Shown piece after piece: positions 43,654 to 53,338 of a stretch of DNA of 64,000 bases (the first letter of the stretch is position 1; each line of letters begins with the position of its first letter). The notes below the pieces were generated by a model, which was given only the letters and a program-made list of their open reading frames with translations, made no database searches and was not told the origin of the DNA. The stretch lies in the sequence record OK428535.1, one strand, 5' to 3'. The DNA comes from Escherichia phage vB_EcoM_Lh1B. Both the position numbers and the translations under genes were made by a program.

Positions 43654-45438
43654 TTAGAACCCGCAGATGTACTCCATAGGCTCTGTCACTACTTCCCCTT
43701 GCTTACGTAAGAACGTAGACAGGACAGTGTCTTTGTCCGGTAAGCAGAAGAAGTCTGTCGCTATTTCCATGGCATTAACTCGCCCAGCAGTTAAGTTGAC
43801 GCCCGTGCGACGTCGAATCTCTTCACTAACCCCATTGATGGACAGTAGTTCGATGAGTGTGGTCTCACGAGATTGGTTCATCATGTTTGTGGCCGAAGGG
43901 TAGGCCTGGGTTAAGTCCGCATCCGCAGTTTGTCCACGGAACGCAGAGTAATATTCGTCAATCTCCTCCAGAATGTTATTCAGACCGTTCTCAGCATTCA
44001 TACATGCTGTCAGGGTAACAATCCAACCGTCTGTACCGATAACCTCTTCATCGTAATCGTTACGCATTGCAGACCCTACGGAACCGATGACGTATCCTTT
44101 GTCATACAGATAATAGGTAAAGGCCACGCAGATACGTTTTGGTAGCGACGGGAAGATATCGTACATCGAGAAACCTGCCAGAATGGATATTGCCGAAGAC
44201 AAGTCGTTCGTTTTCTTATCCAACAACACGATTAACAAGTTATCCATCATGTTGTATACGGCATATTCGGCAGGGTAGTCCCGTTGTGCTTTTATGTGCC
44301 ATTGCAGGTTATCTTCATACGGCAGTCCAGGAATGTCGAGTTTGTGTAAACCGAGTTCGGTGTACAGTATGGCAGATAACTTGTACGAAGGACGTTGCCC
44401 TTCGTGGACACGCAACGAACGGAATAACACCATGGCATCCACACAGTAGAAAGACGCAGTACAGTAGAGTACGTGCCACTGTTGTGACGGTGCTTTGGTG
44501 AGTGACTTGGATTCCGTCTTTTTGTTCGCCTGGTCTTCTTTAAACCACAGACGACGGTATTTCTCCGGCACATCCGGATGGTTAAAGACGCCCAGTGGAT
44601 CGATACCTTCTTTCTGCAAGGTTTCCAACATGCGTGAAATATCGAACTGGTGGTTCCATGCGACCAGCAAATCAGGAAGACGCGGATGAATCTCTTCGAA
44701 CATCCTGACGATGCACTGCCCTGCCGTAGCGCAGGTATAGGTGAAGATTTTATAACCNCTGATAATGTCTTTGGTCTTTGTCNCCTTTTCGCCGGTCTTT
44801 TTGTCTTTNTCNTCGNATTCGNTTTTGNTTAAGAGTTCCTGCGCTTTTTTGANAATGACTTCTTCCGCGTTTTTACCGATGCGGTCCATGTAGTTCTTAG
44901 CACCAAAGAAATGGATTTCGTCGTCTAAGATAAATGACACGATCCACGGTTCCTTCGTGCCGTCCATTTCGTTGGTCTCCACGTCGTATACGCAAAGACG
45001 GTTAGGGCTGATGTTGTTCGGCCAGCGCTTTAAATATTTCTGTTTAATCCAGCTGGTAATCGGTAAGTCGGCCCAATAAACGTACGGGCTAGTACAGACA
45101 CGACGCAGGTTCTTTTTCGGGTCAGGGAAACGTGCACCTAAACCCATCTGCAACGTCTTCGCCATCTGCGCATCAGTAGTCCAGAGTTCTTGACATTTTC
45201 CTTTTTCTTCGAACTCTTTTTTCTCCTGGTGGTTACGATATTCTTCACGGGTAACGTACACCGGACGCTTTAAATTCTCACGCATTACCAAGCGCGGGAT
45301 AAGCCTGCCATCCTTAGTATGGATGACCTCTTTGATGAGGACAAAGTCATTTTCTTTTTCTTCGTCCGTCGCATAAGCGACGTGTTTGCACTCTTTAGCG
45401 ATGACATCCTCGGGTGCGTAATAGGTATTGATTTCCAT
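43654..45438 (-). CDS. family-B DNA polymerase, N-terminal fragment (3'-5' exonuclease domain plus motif A)
   Basis: Exo I YDVETN, Exo II WNHQFD, Exo III YNMMD with typical spacing; motif A DLTQAYPS (cf. T4/RB69 DLTSLYPS); ORF ends ~85 aa after motif A; some N calls. Confidence 0.65.
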   Translation of the reverse strand: MEINTYYAPEDVIAKECKHVAYATDEEKENDFVLIKEVIHTKDGRLIPRLVMRENLKRPVYVTREEYRNHQEKKEFEEKGKCQELWTTDAQMAKTLQMGLGARFPDPKKNLRRVCTSPYVYWADLPITSWIKQKYLKRWPNNISPNRLCVYDVETNEMDGTKEPWIVSFILDDEIHFFGAKNYMDRIGKNAEEVIXKKAQELLXKXEXXXKDKKTGEKXTKTKDIIXGYKIFTYTCATAGQCIVRMFEEIHPRLPDLLVAWNHQFDISRMLETLQKEGIDPLGVFNHPDVPEKYRRLWFKEDQANKKTESKSLTKAPSQQWHVLYCTASFYCVDAMVLFRSLRVHEGQRPSYKLSAILYTELGLHKLDIPGLPYEDNLQWHIKAQRDYPAEYAVYNMMDNLLIVLLDKKTNDLSSAISILAGFSMYDIFPSLPKRICVAFTYYLYDKGYVIGSVGSAMRNDYDEEVIGTDGWIVTLTACMNAENGLNNILEEIDEYYSAFRGQTADADLTQAYPSATNMMNQSRETTLIELLSINGVSEEIRRRTGVNLTAGRVNAMEIATDFFCLPDKDTVLSTFLRKQGEVVTEPMEYICGF

Positions 45439-45508
45439 GGTCTACTCTCAAATATGGTGTCTGCTATACTGATTTGTGGGTAACGTATTTTCTAAAAGGA
45501 ACGTCTAA

Positions 45509-46861
45509 ATGGGACACNGGNAAAANNANANAANCCCNTTGGCNNNCGNNAAANCCGNGGCCNCNGAANCCNNNGNNTTCNAAAAAAAAAAAAAANNCCC
45601 CTNTTTGGNGGNAGNGGNANGNANGTTNCGTGNTGCGGGNGACTTCTCGCCAGNGGGTTATCAGAGTTCTGGTATTGCTGCCTGGGTCTTTGACAACAAC
45701 GGTATTACAGTCCTGCCTCGTAACGGGTCCGACTTAGGTGTGGCGGACGTTGTGTTTGCGGGTGTGGAGCCGCCGAAGCTCGATGCGAACAACCCAATCA
45801 TCGCCGACCTGCAACGCAAGATGGTGCAGGGTAACACCGACCTGGATGTCTACAGTAAGTTCTTAAAAGAGAACGAACTGAACGGCGAGTTCGACGATAA
45901 AAATGCGAAGCTTTCAGGCGAACTCAGCAAGGTGCCGTCCCCACTTTGGCTGACCCCGAAACTACTGACCAGTATCGACTTAACGGATTTAGAAGTCGCG
46001 GCGATTATTCTACATGAAGTCGGCCACGTCTATTACTATTTCCGTACCTTGATGCGTACGGTGGTAACGAACCTGATTGCGGATGCTGCAGCGAACCGCA
46101 TGATGCAAACCGAAGACCCGACAGTGCGTTTGAAAGTCGTAAAAGACGTTGAACGTATGCTGAACACCAAAGTGAATCAGCCGGAAACTATCTGCAAAGA
46201 GATGTCTAAAGAGAACATCTACATGCATCTGGTGACGGACATTCTGCTTGAGCGTCCATTTGTTACCGGTTCGGAAGGGTTCGCTAACCGTACCTGGGAA
46301 CGTGCTGCAGATGACTTCGCAGCTCGCTTTGGTGCAGCCCCGTACCTGGCGTCAGCCCTGTACAAAATCGAAACGTCCCAATTCTATCTCTGCCGGAACG
46401 CGTCGTACATGAACTACGGTGTGCATCTGATGCTGGAAATGCTTAACGTTTCGCTGCTGATTGTGGCTTCGACTAATCCAGTTGGCCTGTTCTTCACGAC
46501 TATCTCGGTGGCGTTCGGTCTGATTGTGAACGACCCACGCAACACCATCTACGATCCGCCGCAGGAACGTTTTGAGACGATGCGTCGTAACTTAGTGGAA
46601 GAGCTGAACACCTTAAAAGGTAGCACCACGAAAGAAGCGAACGAACATCGTAAACGTATTCTGCAGGGCATTGCGTCTATCGACGAATTACTGAAAACCG
46701 TGAAAGACAAAGACAACGTCTTTAGCTTCATCATGAAAACGCTGACCCCTGGCGGTCGCCGTGAGCGCGCTGGTGTGGATTATCAGCGTACGATGGAGCG
46801 NTATCTTTCTAATGACCTGCGTGTGGCTTCATCAAAGCTAAGCCGGGCTACCGTTTCTTAA
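45509..46861 (+). CDS. M48-like (HtpX/Ste24-type) zinc metalloprotease candidate with C-terminal hydrophobic segments
   Basis: HEVGH ~95 aa before ERAADDFAA (ExxADxxA third-ligand motif); hydrophobic stretch LLIVASTNPVGLFFTTISVAFGLIV; true start uncertain because N calls fill 45518..45653. Confidence 0.5.
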   Translation: MGHXXXXXXXLXXXKXXAXEXXXFXKKKKXPXLXXXXXXXRXAXDFSPXGYQSSGIAAWVFDNNGITVLPRNGSDLGVADVVFAGVEPPKLDANNPIIADLQRKMVQGNTDLDVYSKFLKENELNGEFDDKNAKLSGELSKVPSPLWLTPKLLTSIDLTDLEVAAIILHEVGHVYYYFRTLMRTVVTNLIADAAANRMMQTEDPTVRLKVVKDVERMLNTKVNQPETICKEMSKENIYMHLVTDILLERPFVTGSEGFANRTWERAADDFAARFGAAPYLASALYKIETSQFYLCRNASYMNYGVHLMLEMLNVSLLIVASTNPVGLFFTTISVAFGLIVNDPRNTIYDPPQERFETMRRNLVEELNTLKGSTTKEANEHRKRILQGIASIDELLKTVKDKDNVFSFIMKTLTPGGRRERAGVDYQRTMEXYLSNDLRVASSKLSRATVS

Positions 46862-46876
46862 GTAAGGGTACTTAAC

Positions 46877-47320
46877 ATGACGCATAAAGTTTCTTTAAAT
46901 AACCTGGTACTGGATTTCAAACGTACCAACGAAGGGAAAGGTGTACACGCCCAGCGTGCTTTGACCGGTCTGGTTGCTTTCTCACTGGCGTATAACGCGG
47001 TATTGGCTGACAATGGCCAATATGGCGCTGCAGAGGCCGCTGGGACGTTTTTACGTCCGGTAATGCGTAATATCGTCTCTGACGTTAACGAGCTGTACTG
47101 TGTTGATTTAGGCGTGATTGAGGACATGACCGTGGGTCTGTACTGCAATCGTTACTGCAACGTGTATGGCGGCGCTAAAGCTCTGGAAAGTTTCTCAGTT
47201 CGTGAGATTTTCAACCAGGCACTCGGGGAAGATATCTGGGAAACCGTCGGTCTGTGGATTAGCCGCTTTATGGAAGTGGTTGGTTTCTACATGGCAGAAC
47301 TGAAAGGGCAGATTTCATGA
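46877..47320 (+). CDS. hypothetical protein
   Basis: 147-aa ORF, AAGGG upstream. Confidence 0.5.
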   Translation: MTHKVSLNNLVLDFKRTNEGKGVHAQRALTGLVAFSLAYNAVLADNGQYGAAEAAGTFLRPVMRNIVSDVNELYCVDLGVIEDMTVGLYCNRYCNVYGGAKALESFSVREIFNQALGEDIWETVGLWISRFMEVVGFYMAELKGQIS

Positions 47321-49050
47321 GCATGGAAATGACAGGTAACGCCACCCACCCCAAATGGCGTTTGGGGGAGATCGGTGAAGTCCTGCGTTCACGTATGGCC
47401 GAGCGTATTGATTCTGNCANCCANCTCAATCTGTACATGCAACGCAACGAAGCCGACTTAATCTACGGCTCTCGACTGATTCTGCAAATAGACGCGATTC
47501 TTGATGAGGTGCGACGCGCTGGCCTATCGAAAGATGTCGCTGTCGCTGTTGAATCTTCCCGCCCAGGCACAATTCCCGAAGCTGTCCGCAAAATCCTGAC
47601 CTCTAACTATACCCGCACGCACCAGAAAGAGACTATTGTTGCGCTCGAGTCCTGGGCAAATGCAGGTAAAGTGGGATTGGTTGTGTTAATCATGACCGCG
47701 ATTATCAAAATCATCGGTTGGATTATCAGCAACGGTAACGGGTTTGCTGGTAATGGCGAATTCGACGGCGAAGGTTACGCTGAGAAAGTCGGCGAAAAAG
47801 CAGAGAGTTTCTCCCAGACCGAAAACACTATCATCGGTCAGCTGAAAATCAGCGCAGTGAAAGATGCATACATCGAAGCCTCTAAGGGTCTGAAAGGTCG
47901 TGACCTGGAAAACCTGAACTTGGCTATCGCGATGGCCGACGAAGTGTTTACGAACATGAACGCGGAAGAGTATCTGAACGACTTGAGCAGCGCGCTGGGC
48001 CGTTCGCCGTTCACTGAATTGTTCAAAGGTTACACTAAGAAACGCCAATCGAGCCAGCAGGTTATTCACGACCTGTTAGATACCCTGTTACAACACAACG
48101 TAACTTACGGTATCTATCCGATTGAGGTGGGTAAGAAAGCCTGGCAGGCATTGCCGAAGTCTGCACGTGAAGCCGGTGTACGTATTCCGAACCTGTTGAA
48201 CTTCCAACAGATGTCGAATGTTGCCAGCGAACTTATCGGCTACTTTGGCTCCCTCCAAAGTGCCTTTAAAGCAATGATCGACCCAAGCGTTGCCGAGGGT
48301 TTTAAGAATCAGCAAGGTTCAACCACTACCCATAACGGTAAGCAGGTCAATAAAGCAGCACACGACACCGCGCTTATCTTCGGCCAGGCGTTAGCGCAGC
48401 TGAACACCACGATGAACTTCATCATCAGCGACGTTTCCCGCAAAGGATTCGAATACGCTACTGCACCTTTGGTCGTTATCCCAGAAAACAAAGTTCGCGG
48501 TTTAGTGGGTCATGACGATGGTGTGGACTTCGTGCCTGGTAAGGTATTGGTTAATGCACAAGCATCGGCGTTCTTGGGACGTGAATGCTTAGAGCAAATG
48601 CGCCAAGCGGGCACGTTATCGGTTGGCGACGAACGTGAGCTGCTGGCCGTGGTAGTAACGCTAGGTAAACAAGGTTTTACTAACGACACCGCCGCGACTA
48701 ACCTGAACCGTTACAGTGCACTGGATAAGGCGGTTAATAACACGATTAAAGTGTTGGAGCAGTTCCAGAAAGCAACCAAGGATAACGCTGAATACGTTAA
48801 CCTGATTAGCGAAGTCATTATGAACGAGCTTAATCAACCTTCTGGTCTGCGCACCGACGGTCGTGAACTCTCGATGGTGTTATTCTCCCCAGACGGTGAT
48901 GAAGACCTCTTCGTCGGCTTGCGTCGTAACCTGTCGTTGGTGCGTCGTTGTTGCGGTGCTGCCGCTACACTGCAGACGATACTGAACCTGGCCAAACGTA
49001 ACCCGTTGGTGAAAGGCAATAATCGCAAAAACATGCTTGACGGCGAATAA
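47317..49050 (+). CDS. hypothetical protein with one predicted transmembrane helix
   Basis: 577-aa ORF, ATGA overlap; hydrophobic segment KVGLVVLIMTAIIKIIGWIIS. Confidence 0.55.
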   Translation: MSMEMTGNATHPKWRLGEIGEVLRSRMAERIDSXXXLNLYMQRNEADLIYGSRLILQIDAILDEVRRAGLSKDVAVAVESSRPGTIPEAVRKILTSNYTRTHQKETIVALESWANAGKVGLVVLIMTAIIKIIGWIISNGNGFAGNGEFDGEGYAEKVGEKAESFSQTENTIIGQLKISAVKDAYIEASKGLKGRDLENLNLAIAMADEVFTNMNAEEYLNDLSSALGRSPFTELFKGYTKKRQSSQQVIHDLLDTLLQHNVTYGIYPIEVGKKAWQALPKSAREAGVRIPNLLNFQQMSNVASELIGYFGSLQSAFKAMIDPSVAEGFKNQQGSTTTHNGKQVNKAAHDTALIFGQALAQLNTTMNFIISDVSRKGFEYATAPLVVIPENKVRGLVGHDDGVDFVPGKVLVNAQASAFLGRECLEQMRQAGTLSVGDERELLAVVVTLGKQGFTNDTAATNLNRYSALDKAVNNTIKVLEQFQKATKDNAEYVNLISEVIMNELNQPSGLRTDGRELSMVLFSPDGDEDLFVGLRRNLSLVRRCCGAAATLQTILNLAKRNPLVKGNNRKNMLDGE

Positions 49051-49052
49051 AA

Positions 49053-49098
49053 TAAAAGGCTACCCTCTCCTTCGGGAGAGGGTAGTGCTTTTTTTATT
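49053..49098. terminator. bidirectional terminator between convergent operons
   Basis: Hairpin CTACCCTCTCC-TTCG-GGAGAGGGTAG with A-run before and T-run after. Confidence 0.7.
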
Positions 49099-52054
49099 CT
49101 TTTTCGGTATCGTGACGGTTGTACGACAGTACGATGTCATCTTTCAAACCGATGTCGCCGTTGGCTTCAATATCGAGTTTCTTACCAATTGTAGCTCGCG
49201 CTGCTTCGGTAATGACAGTGAACAGTCGCAGGTCTTTATCTGGCCCCATGTCGTCGAGTTCAACACCGATAATGGCATCGTTAAGCGTATTGCGTAACGC
49301 ATTACCGATCTCGGTTGCTGAAACGGTCAGATGTGTTGACAGATAGTCGTTAATGACTTGCGAAGTCCGTTTCCGGATTTGTGCCAGAAGCTCGCTGTTT
49401 GCTCGGTTCGCTGCCGTGAGGTAATATTTGACAGTGAACTGGTTTTCAGCAGGCAACGGTGACACAACTCCGTCTTCGGTACGTACATCGATATAACCCA
49501 TCGTGGTAATAGGAACAAAGAAGCCTTCAGTTTGCTCCAACAGCAGCGGTTTCAGATTCGGTAGTACCACCGTAACGTAGTTGATGATATTGTCAATCAC
49601 GCTATCAAGGTACGCTTTAACCGCTTTCGAGGTTGCGAACTTATAACGGGCATCGAAGACAGCCATTTCACTACGGAACTTAATACTGCGCGGCTTCGCA
49701 ATAATAGGCTGACCGTTCCCGTCGAAGATTTGTTCCCCAACGTGGTGTGCGATTTCTTGCTCACCGGTGGCCGGGTCTATTTTCGGATCGCCTTTGCGAT
49801 GCAGGTACGTGATTTGCAACGGTGGAACAGCATCAGGGTCGTACGTGTACTCAGGTGTTACGCCATCGTCTTTGGTTTTAATAACATCCTTTTCCCAATA
49901 CGCCAGAACGTCCTCCTGGTAGTATTCGTAGTTGATGCTGTCCGTTACTGCACGTGCTTTTCGCCNGTAATAGGACATGGCTTTACCCAGCTCGATTTTG
50001 AAAATCTCATGAGTAATCCCAATACCATCACGCGCAGGTGGTACAATCATTGTATCCATTTCAGCACGTTCGTAATTACCGGGGTAGTAACCCGTACAGC
50101 CGTAGAACACGTTATACTCGGTTAACAACGGTGCAGGTGTGTCCACATCCACTTCGGTGGTGATTCGGGTGTTGTTGATAATCAGCTCATCGTTACGGTC
50201 AACGTCGAGATTGGTTTTCAACAAGAATTCCCATACACGCTCCGAACCTTGACGACCCACTAAGGTGCCGTTGATGTACNCCAACTTACCGTNNGNGTTA
50301 CGCGGCGAGAAGGAAATCTGCGCAAAGACTTGGTCATCACTTAACGCCTGGTATGGCGGTTCTGATTTAGTCACAGTGCGCAGGATATAACCTTCGGCCG
50401 TTTTCTCAATCTGATAATCTGCAGTGACAACACTCAGCTCCGTTGTCACGTTGGTGCTAACGAAACGTTTTGAGTTCAACTGCGGTTTATCGAGTTGGTA
50501 AATACGAACATCGCAAGATTTGTTGTTAATGTCCACCACGTAATGGAACGGCGTGAACAGGTAACGGTTAGTGTTACCCGCGTTAACCAAATCTTCTTTA
50601 CGCATGGTCTTCGCAAGGATGGTCATCTCCGCATCGATTTGTAGACTGGTATCCGTAAAGCGATACAGCGTATCTGGCTCAATTGTCAAACGGTTGCCGT
50701 TAATACGGACCGTCGGCAGTTTCACCAGTTCATCCCAGCTAAAGTACAGCGGGGCGGTGATGGTCCCGATAGGGGAACTCACTTTAGATAACGTGGATTC
50801 CGGCATCGGCGCGGTCAGGAAGTAAGTACGCCCAGTTACGTAATCGTTCGGCTTAGACAAGGTCAGGCCGTAATCCGATACCGTGGCTTCTAACTGTTTC
50901 TCTGTTACTGGCAGTTTGCGAATCCCCACTGCATTGTTTACCANACGGTCACGCAACTCATCAAACGAAAGTTGTGTACGGCCCCCGGTGGCGTAACTGC
51001 CTTCTTCCGCAACCAGCATTTTGATGGAGAATGATTTCAACGGGTTGATGTATCCCGCATCGTATTCACCGTTCAAGTCTCGCAATGAGAAGGTGTACTC
51101 GTCCGCCGGGAATGCAGAAACGTCGAGGTCGAGTGGCCCGATGGTCGTATATACGTCCATGCGGATTTCACCACTTACCAGGTTCTTCGCCATGTAGATA
51201 GACGGTATCGTACAACGAATGGACTGGTTAACGACTTGAATCAGCGCCGTAGGCGTGTTTGGATCGTAAACGTCACGACTGTGCGTGTGGTGGATTTCTG
51301 TCCAGGTGTTTGAATTGGACGGTTTATTCCACACCCGTGCGTAGAAGAACTTGTTGGTGAACGTGCGCGTCATCACAAACGTGTTCTGCCCCAACAACGT
51401 ATCGTTCTCGTCCTTTACACTGTACTGCATCACCGGAATACGGATAGCCAGTATCTGCGACGGTGTGCTAGGAACACTTGTCAACTCCCAGTCCAACGCG
51501 TTAGTGGTTACGGGCGATATCGGTGACTGAGTTTCGGTAATCCACAAGACCTGGAAGGCTGGATTATCAACGGTACCATACGGCAGCACTCGAATTTCGA
51601 TAGGATACTGGATGGCAAAGTTGTAACCTGAAACAGTAAAGACGGTATCCCGTGGAATCACGACTTTACGAATACCTGCCACGTTTAACGGCATCGCCTT
51701 CGCTAATAGAGAGTCGACATCTAGAAGCAGCAGTAAGGTCGCTTGTGATGGCTGGGCAAAAACATCGACATAATCCACGTCAGACATGTGGCGGAACAGA
51801 TCGTCGTGAGTTTGTGCCATAGAGGGGAACATTTTCGGAATGGTGTCCCGATCGCCCTGGATAATAGTGTGGCCCATCGTAATTCCGACCTCGGTCATGT
51901 AGACCACCGGGTCGGTCGGGTCACGTAGCAGAATTTGCCCGTCGGCGTCCTGCACGTCTTGGAGCTGGTTCAGCATTAATGACTGCATTGCCGATGGGTT
52001 ATGTGCCATCAGCAGCAAGTCTTTCGATAATGCGTCGTACGTTTTCGTAGTCAT
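49094..52054 (-). CDS. large hypothetical protein (possibly structural)
   Basis: 986-aa minus-strand ORF, 1-nt TAATG coupling with upstream ORF. Confidence 0.6.
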   Translation of the reverse strand: MTTKTYDALSKDLLLMAHNPSAMQSLMLNQLQDVQDADGQILLRDPTDPVVYMTEVGITMGHTIIQGDRDTIPKMFPSMAQTHDDLFRHMSDVDYVDVFAQPSQATLLLLLDVDSLLAKAMPLNVAGIRKVVIPRDTVFTVSGYNFAIQYPIEIRVLPYGTVDNPAFQVLWITETQSPISPVTTNALDWELTSVPSTPSQILAIRIPVMQYSVKDENDTLLGQNTFVMTRTFTNKFFYARVWNKPSNSNTWTEIHHTHSRDVYDPNTPTALIQVVNQSIRCTIPSIYMAKNLVSGEIRMDVYTTIGPLDLDVSAFPADEYTFSLRDLNGEYDAGYINPLKSFSIKMLVAEEGSYATGGRTQLSFDELRDRXVNNAVGIRKLPVTEKQLEATVSDYGLTLSKPNDYVTGRTYFLTAPMPESTLSKVSSPIGTITAPLYFSWDELVKLPTVRINGNRLTIEPDTLYRFTDTSLQIDAEMTILAKTMRKEDLVNAGNTNRYLFTPFHYVVDINNKSCDVRIYQLDKPQLNSKRFVSTNVTTELSVVTADYQIEKTAEGYILRTVTKSEPPYQALSDDQVFAQISFSPRNXXGKLXYINGTLVGRQGSERVWEFLLKTNLDVDRNDELIINNTRITTEVDVDTPAPLLTEYNVFYGCTGYYPGNYERAEMDTMIVPPARDGIGITHEIFKIELGKAMSYYXRKARAVTDSINYEYYQEDVLAYWEKDVIKTKDDGVTPEYTYDPDAVPPLQITYLHRKGDPKIDPATGEQEIAHHVGEQIFDGNGQPIIAKPRSIKFRSEMAVFDARYKFATSKAVKAYLDSVIDNIINYVTVVLPNLKPLLLEQTEGFFVPITTMGYIDVRTEDGVVSPLPAENQFTVKYYLTAANRANSELLAQIRKRTSQVINDYLSTHLTVSATEIGNALRNTLNDAIIGVELDDMGPDKDLRLFTVITEAARATIGKKLDIEANGDIGLKDDIVLSYNRHDTEKE

Positions 52055-53316
52055 TACAGTAAGCCCGCTCGTTTAAGGATGAATTGGTAATCTGCCTGAT
52101 AAACATACCAGGTCAGTTTACGACGCAGGGAGTCGATGTGCGGATAGCCGTAGTAGTTGAACAGCGGTAGTAGCTGTGGTGCAATCGGCACAAGCTGGTC
52201 TTCAGCAATCGGGATAAAGTTGCCCGCTGCAACACTCCCTGGTTGCGGCATCATATCCGGGTTAAACATAGACACCGTCAAGTTGAACATCTCCATGTAC
52301 AATGGGTCATCGAAGCGCGCCCCGATACATTGCCAGTTGAGGTTAATTGTGGTGTCGTCATTTAATTGAGGCTTGGTGTTATCGACATTCGCCATTTGAC
52401 CGGCGTTATCGTTCATCGGCCAACAAACACACGCTGTCCAGAAACGAGTGATGTTTCCGAGCGCGTCGTATTTAAACCCGTACATCCTCGACTGGTAGTC
52501 AATGCGGCGTTGGATGGAGTTACGCATCTTCGGTTTGAACTTACCCATCTTAATGCCGGACATATACTCCAGCCACACGCCCATCATTCGCATGATAGGG
52601 TTGCCGTATGGGTTGTTCAGCGACATCGACATACTGTACTGGTTATTGATTTCATGTGTGGAGTCAACCATACCCCACTGTTCGCGCATTAAACCTTCTT
52701 CAGACATCCAGTTATCGACAGACTGGTCAGGCATCCCCGAGAGGCTCAGCATCTGCGTACTCAGCAATGGTATGAATGCCTGAAGATTGTCAAACATAAT
52801 GTCCTTCATGAATGGCGTGCCCAAACGGTTCTTTCTTCGCCCATCTTCCATCGGTGAATCAGAGAACCCCAATTCAAAATCTGGGTCTAACGCTGCCAGA
52901 ATGGAATAGTCGAGTGACGATTTCGGCTGAGAAGCCATGTTCGACATCTTGCGCGAGTTGGCAATGTTGTCAAAGCACAAGTTGAAGTCAGGGCGGGTAA
53001 TGAAGGTTAGGCCACCGTACTCACGGTTAACAGGCGTCGGGTTCGACGCCATCATATGGTTGAACCCCATGTAGGGGTTGGTCACACGCTGCGCAGCCAG
53101 ACCCAAACCTAACGTAAGACGGATACGGTCATTCCAACCCGATAACTCATCATTAACGTTGTACGCCGTGGTGGGTTTCGCATCGGACAGTCGACGGTCA
53201 AAGTAGTCGGCGACCGATGGTACTGCATCGATATTATTCGGGTTTTGATACGAATTGTCGTAGTCGGTATTCGGGTCATACCCCGGATCGTTCTTATCGG
53301 TCTCGTTACTCATCAT
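52054..53316 (-). CDS. hypothetical protein
   Basis: 420-aa minus-strand ORF, GGAG upstream. Confidence 0.6.
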   Translation of the reverse strand: MMSNETDKNDPGYDPNTDYDNSYQNPNNIDAVPSVADYFDRRLSDAKPTTAYNVNDELSGWNDRIRLTLGLGLAAQRVTNPYMGFNHMMASNPTPVNREYGGLTFITRPDFNLCFDNIANSRKMSNMASQPKSSLDYSILAALDPDFELGFSDSPMEDGRRKNRLGTPFMKDIMFDNLQAFIPLLSTQMLSLSGMPDQSVDNWMSEEGLMREQWGMVDSTHEINNQYSMSMSLNNPYGNPIMRMMGVWLEYMSGIKMGKFKPKMRNSIQRRIDYQSRMYGFKYDALGNITRFWTACVCWPMNDNAGQMANVDNTKPQLNDDTTINLNWQCIGARFDDPLYMEMFNLTVSMFNPDMMPQPGSVAAGNFIPIAEDQLVPIAPQLLPLFNYYGYPHIDSLRRKLTWYVYQADYQFILKRAGLL

Positions 53317-53338
53317 TAACTCCGGAGTTTAGTTAAAA

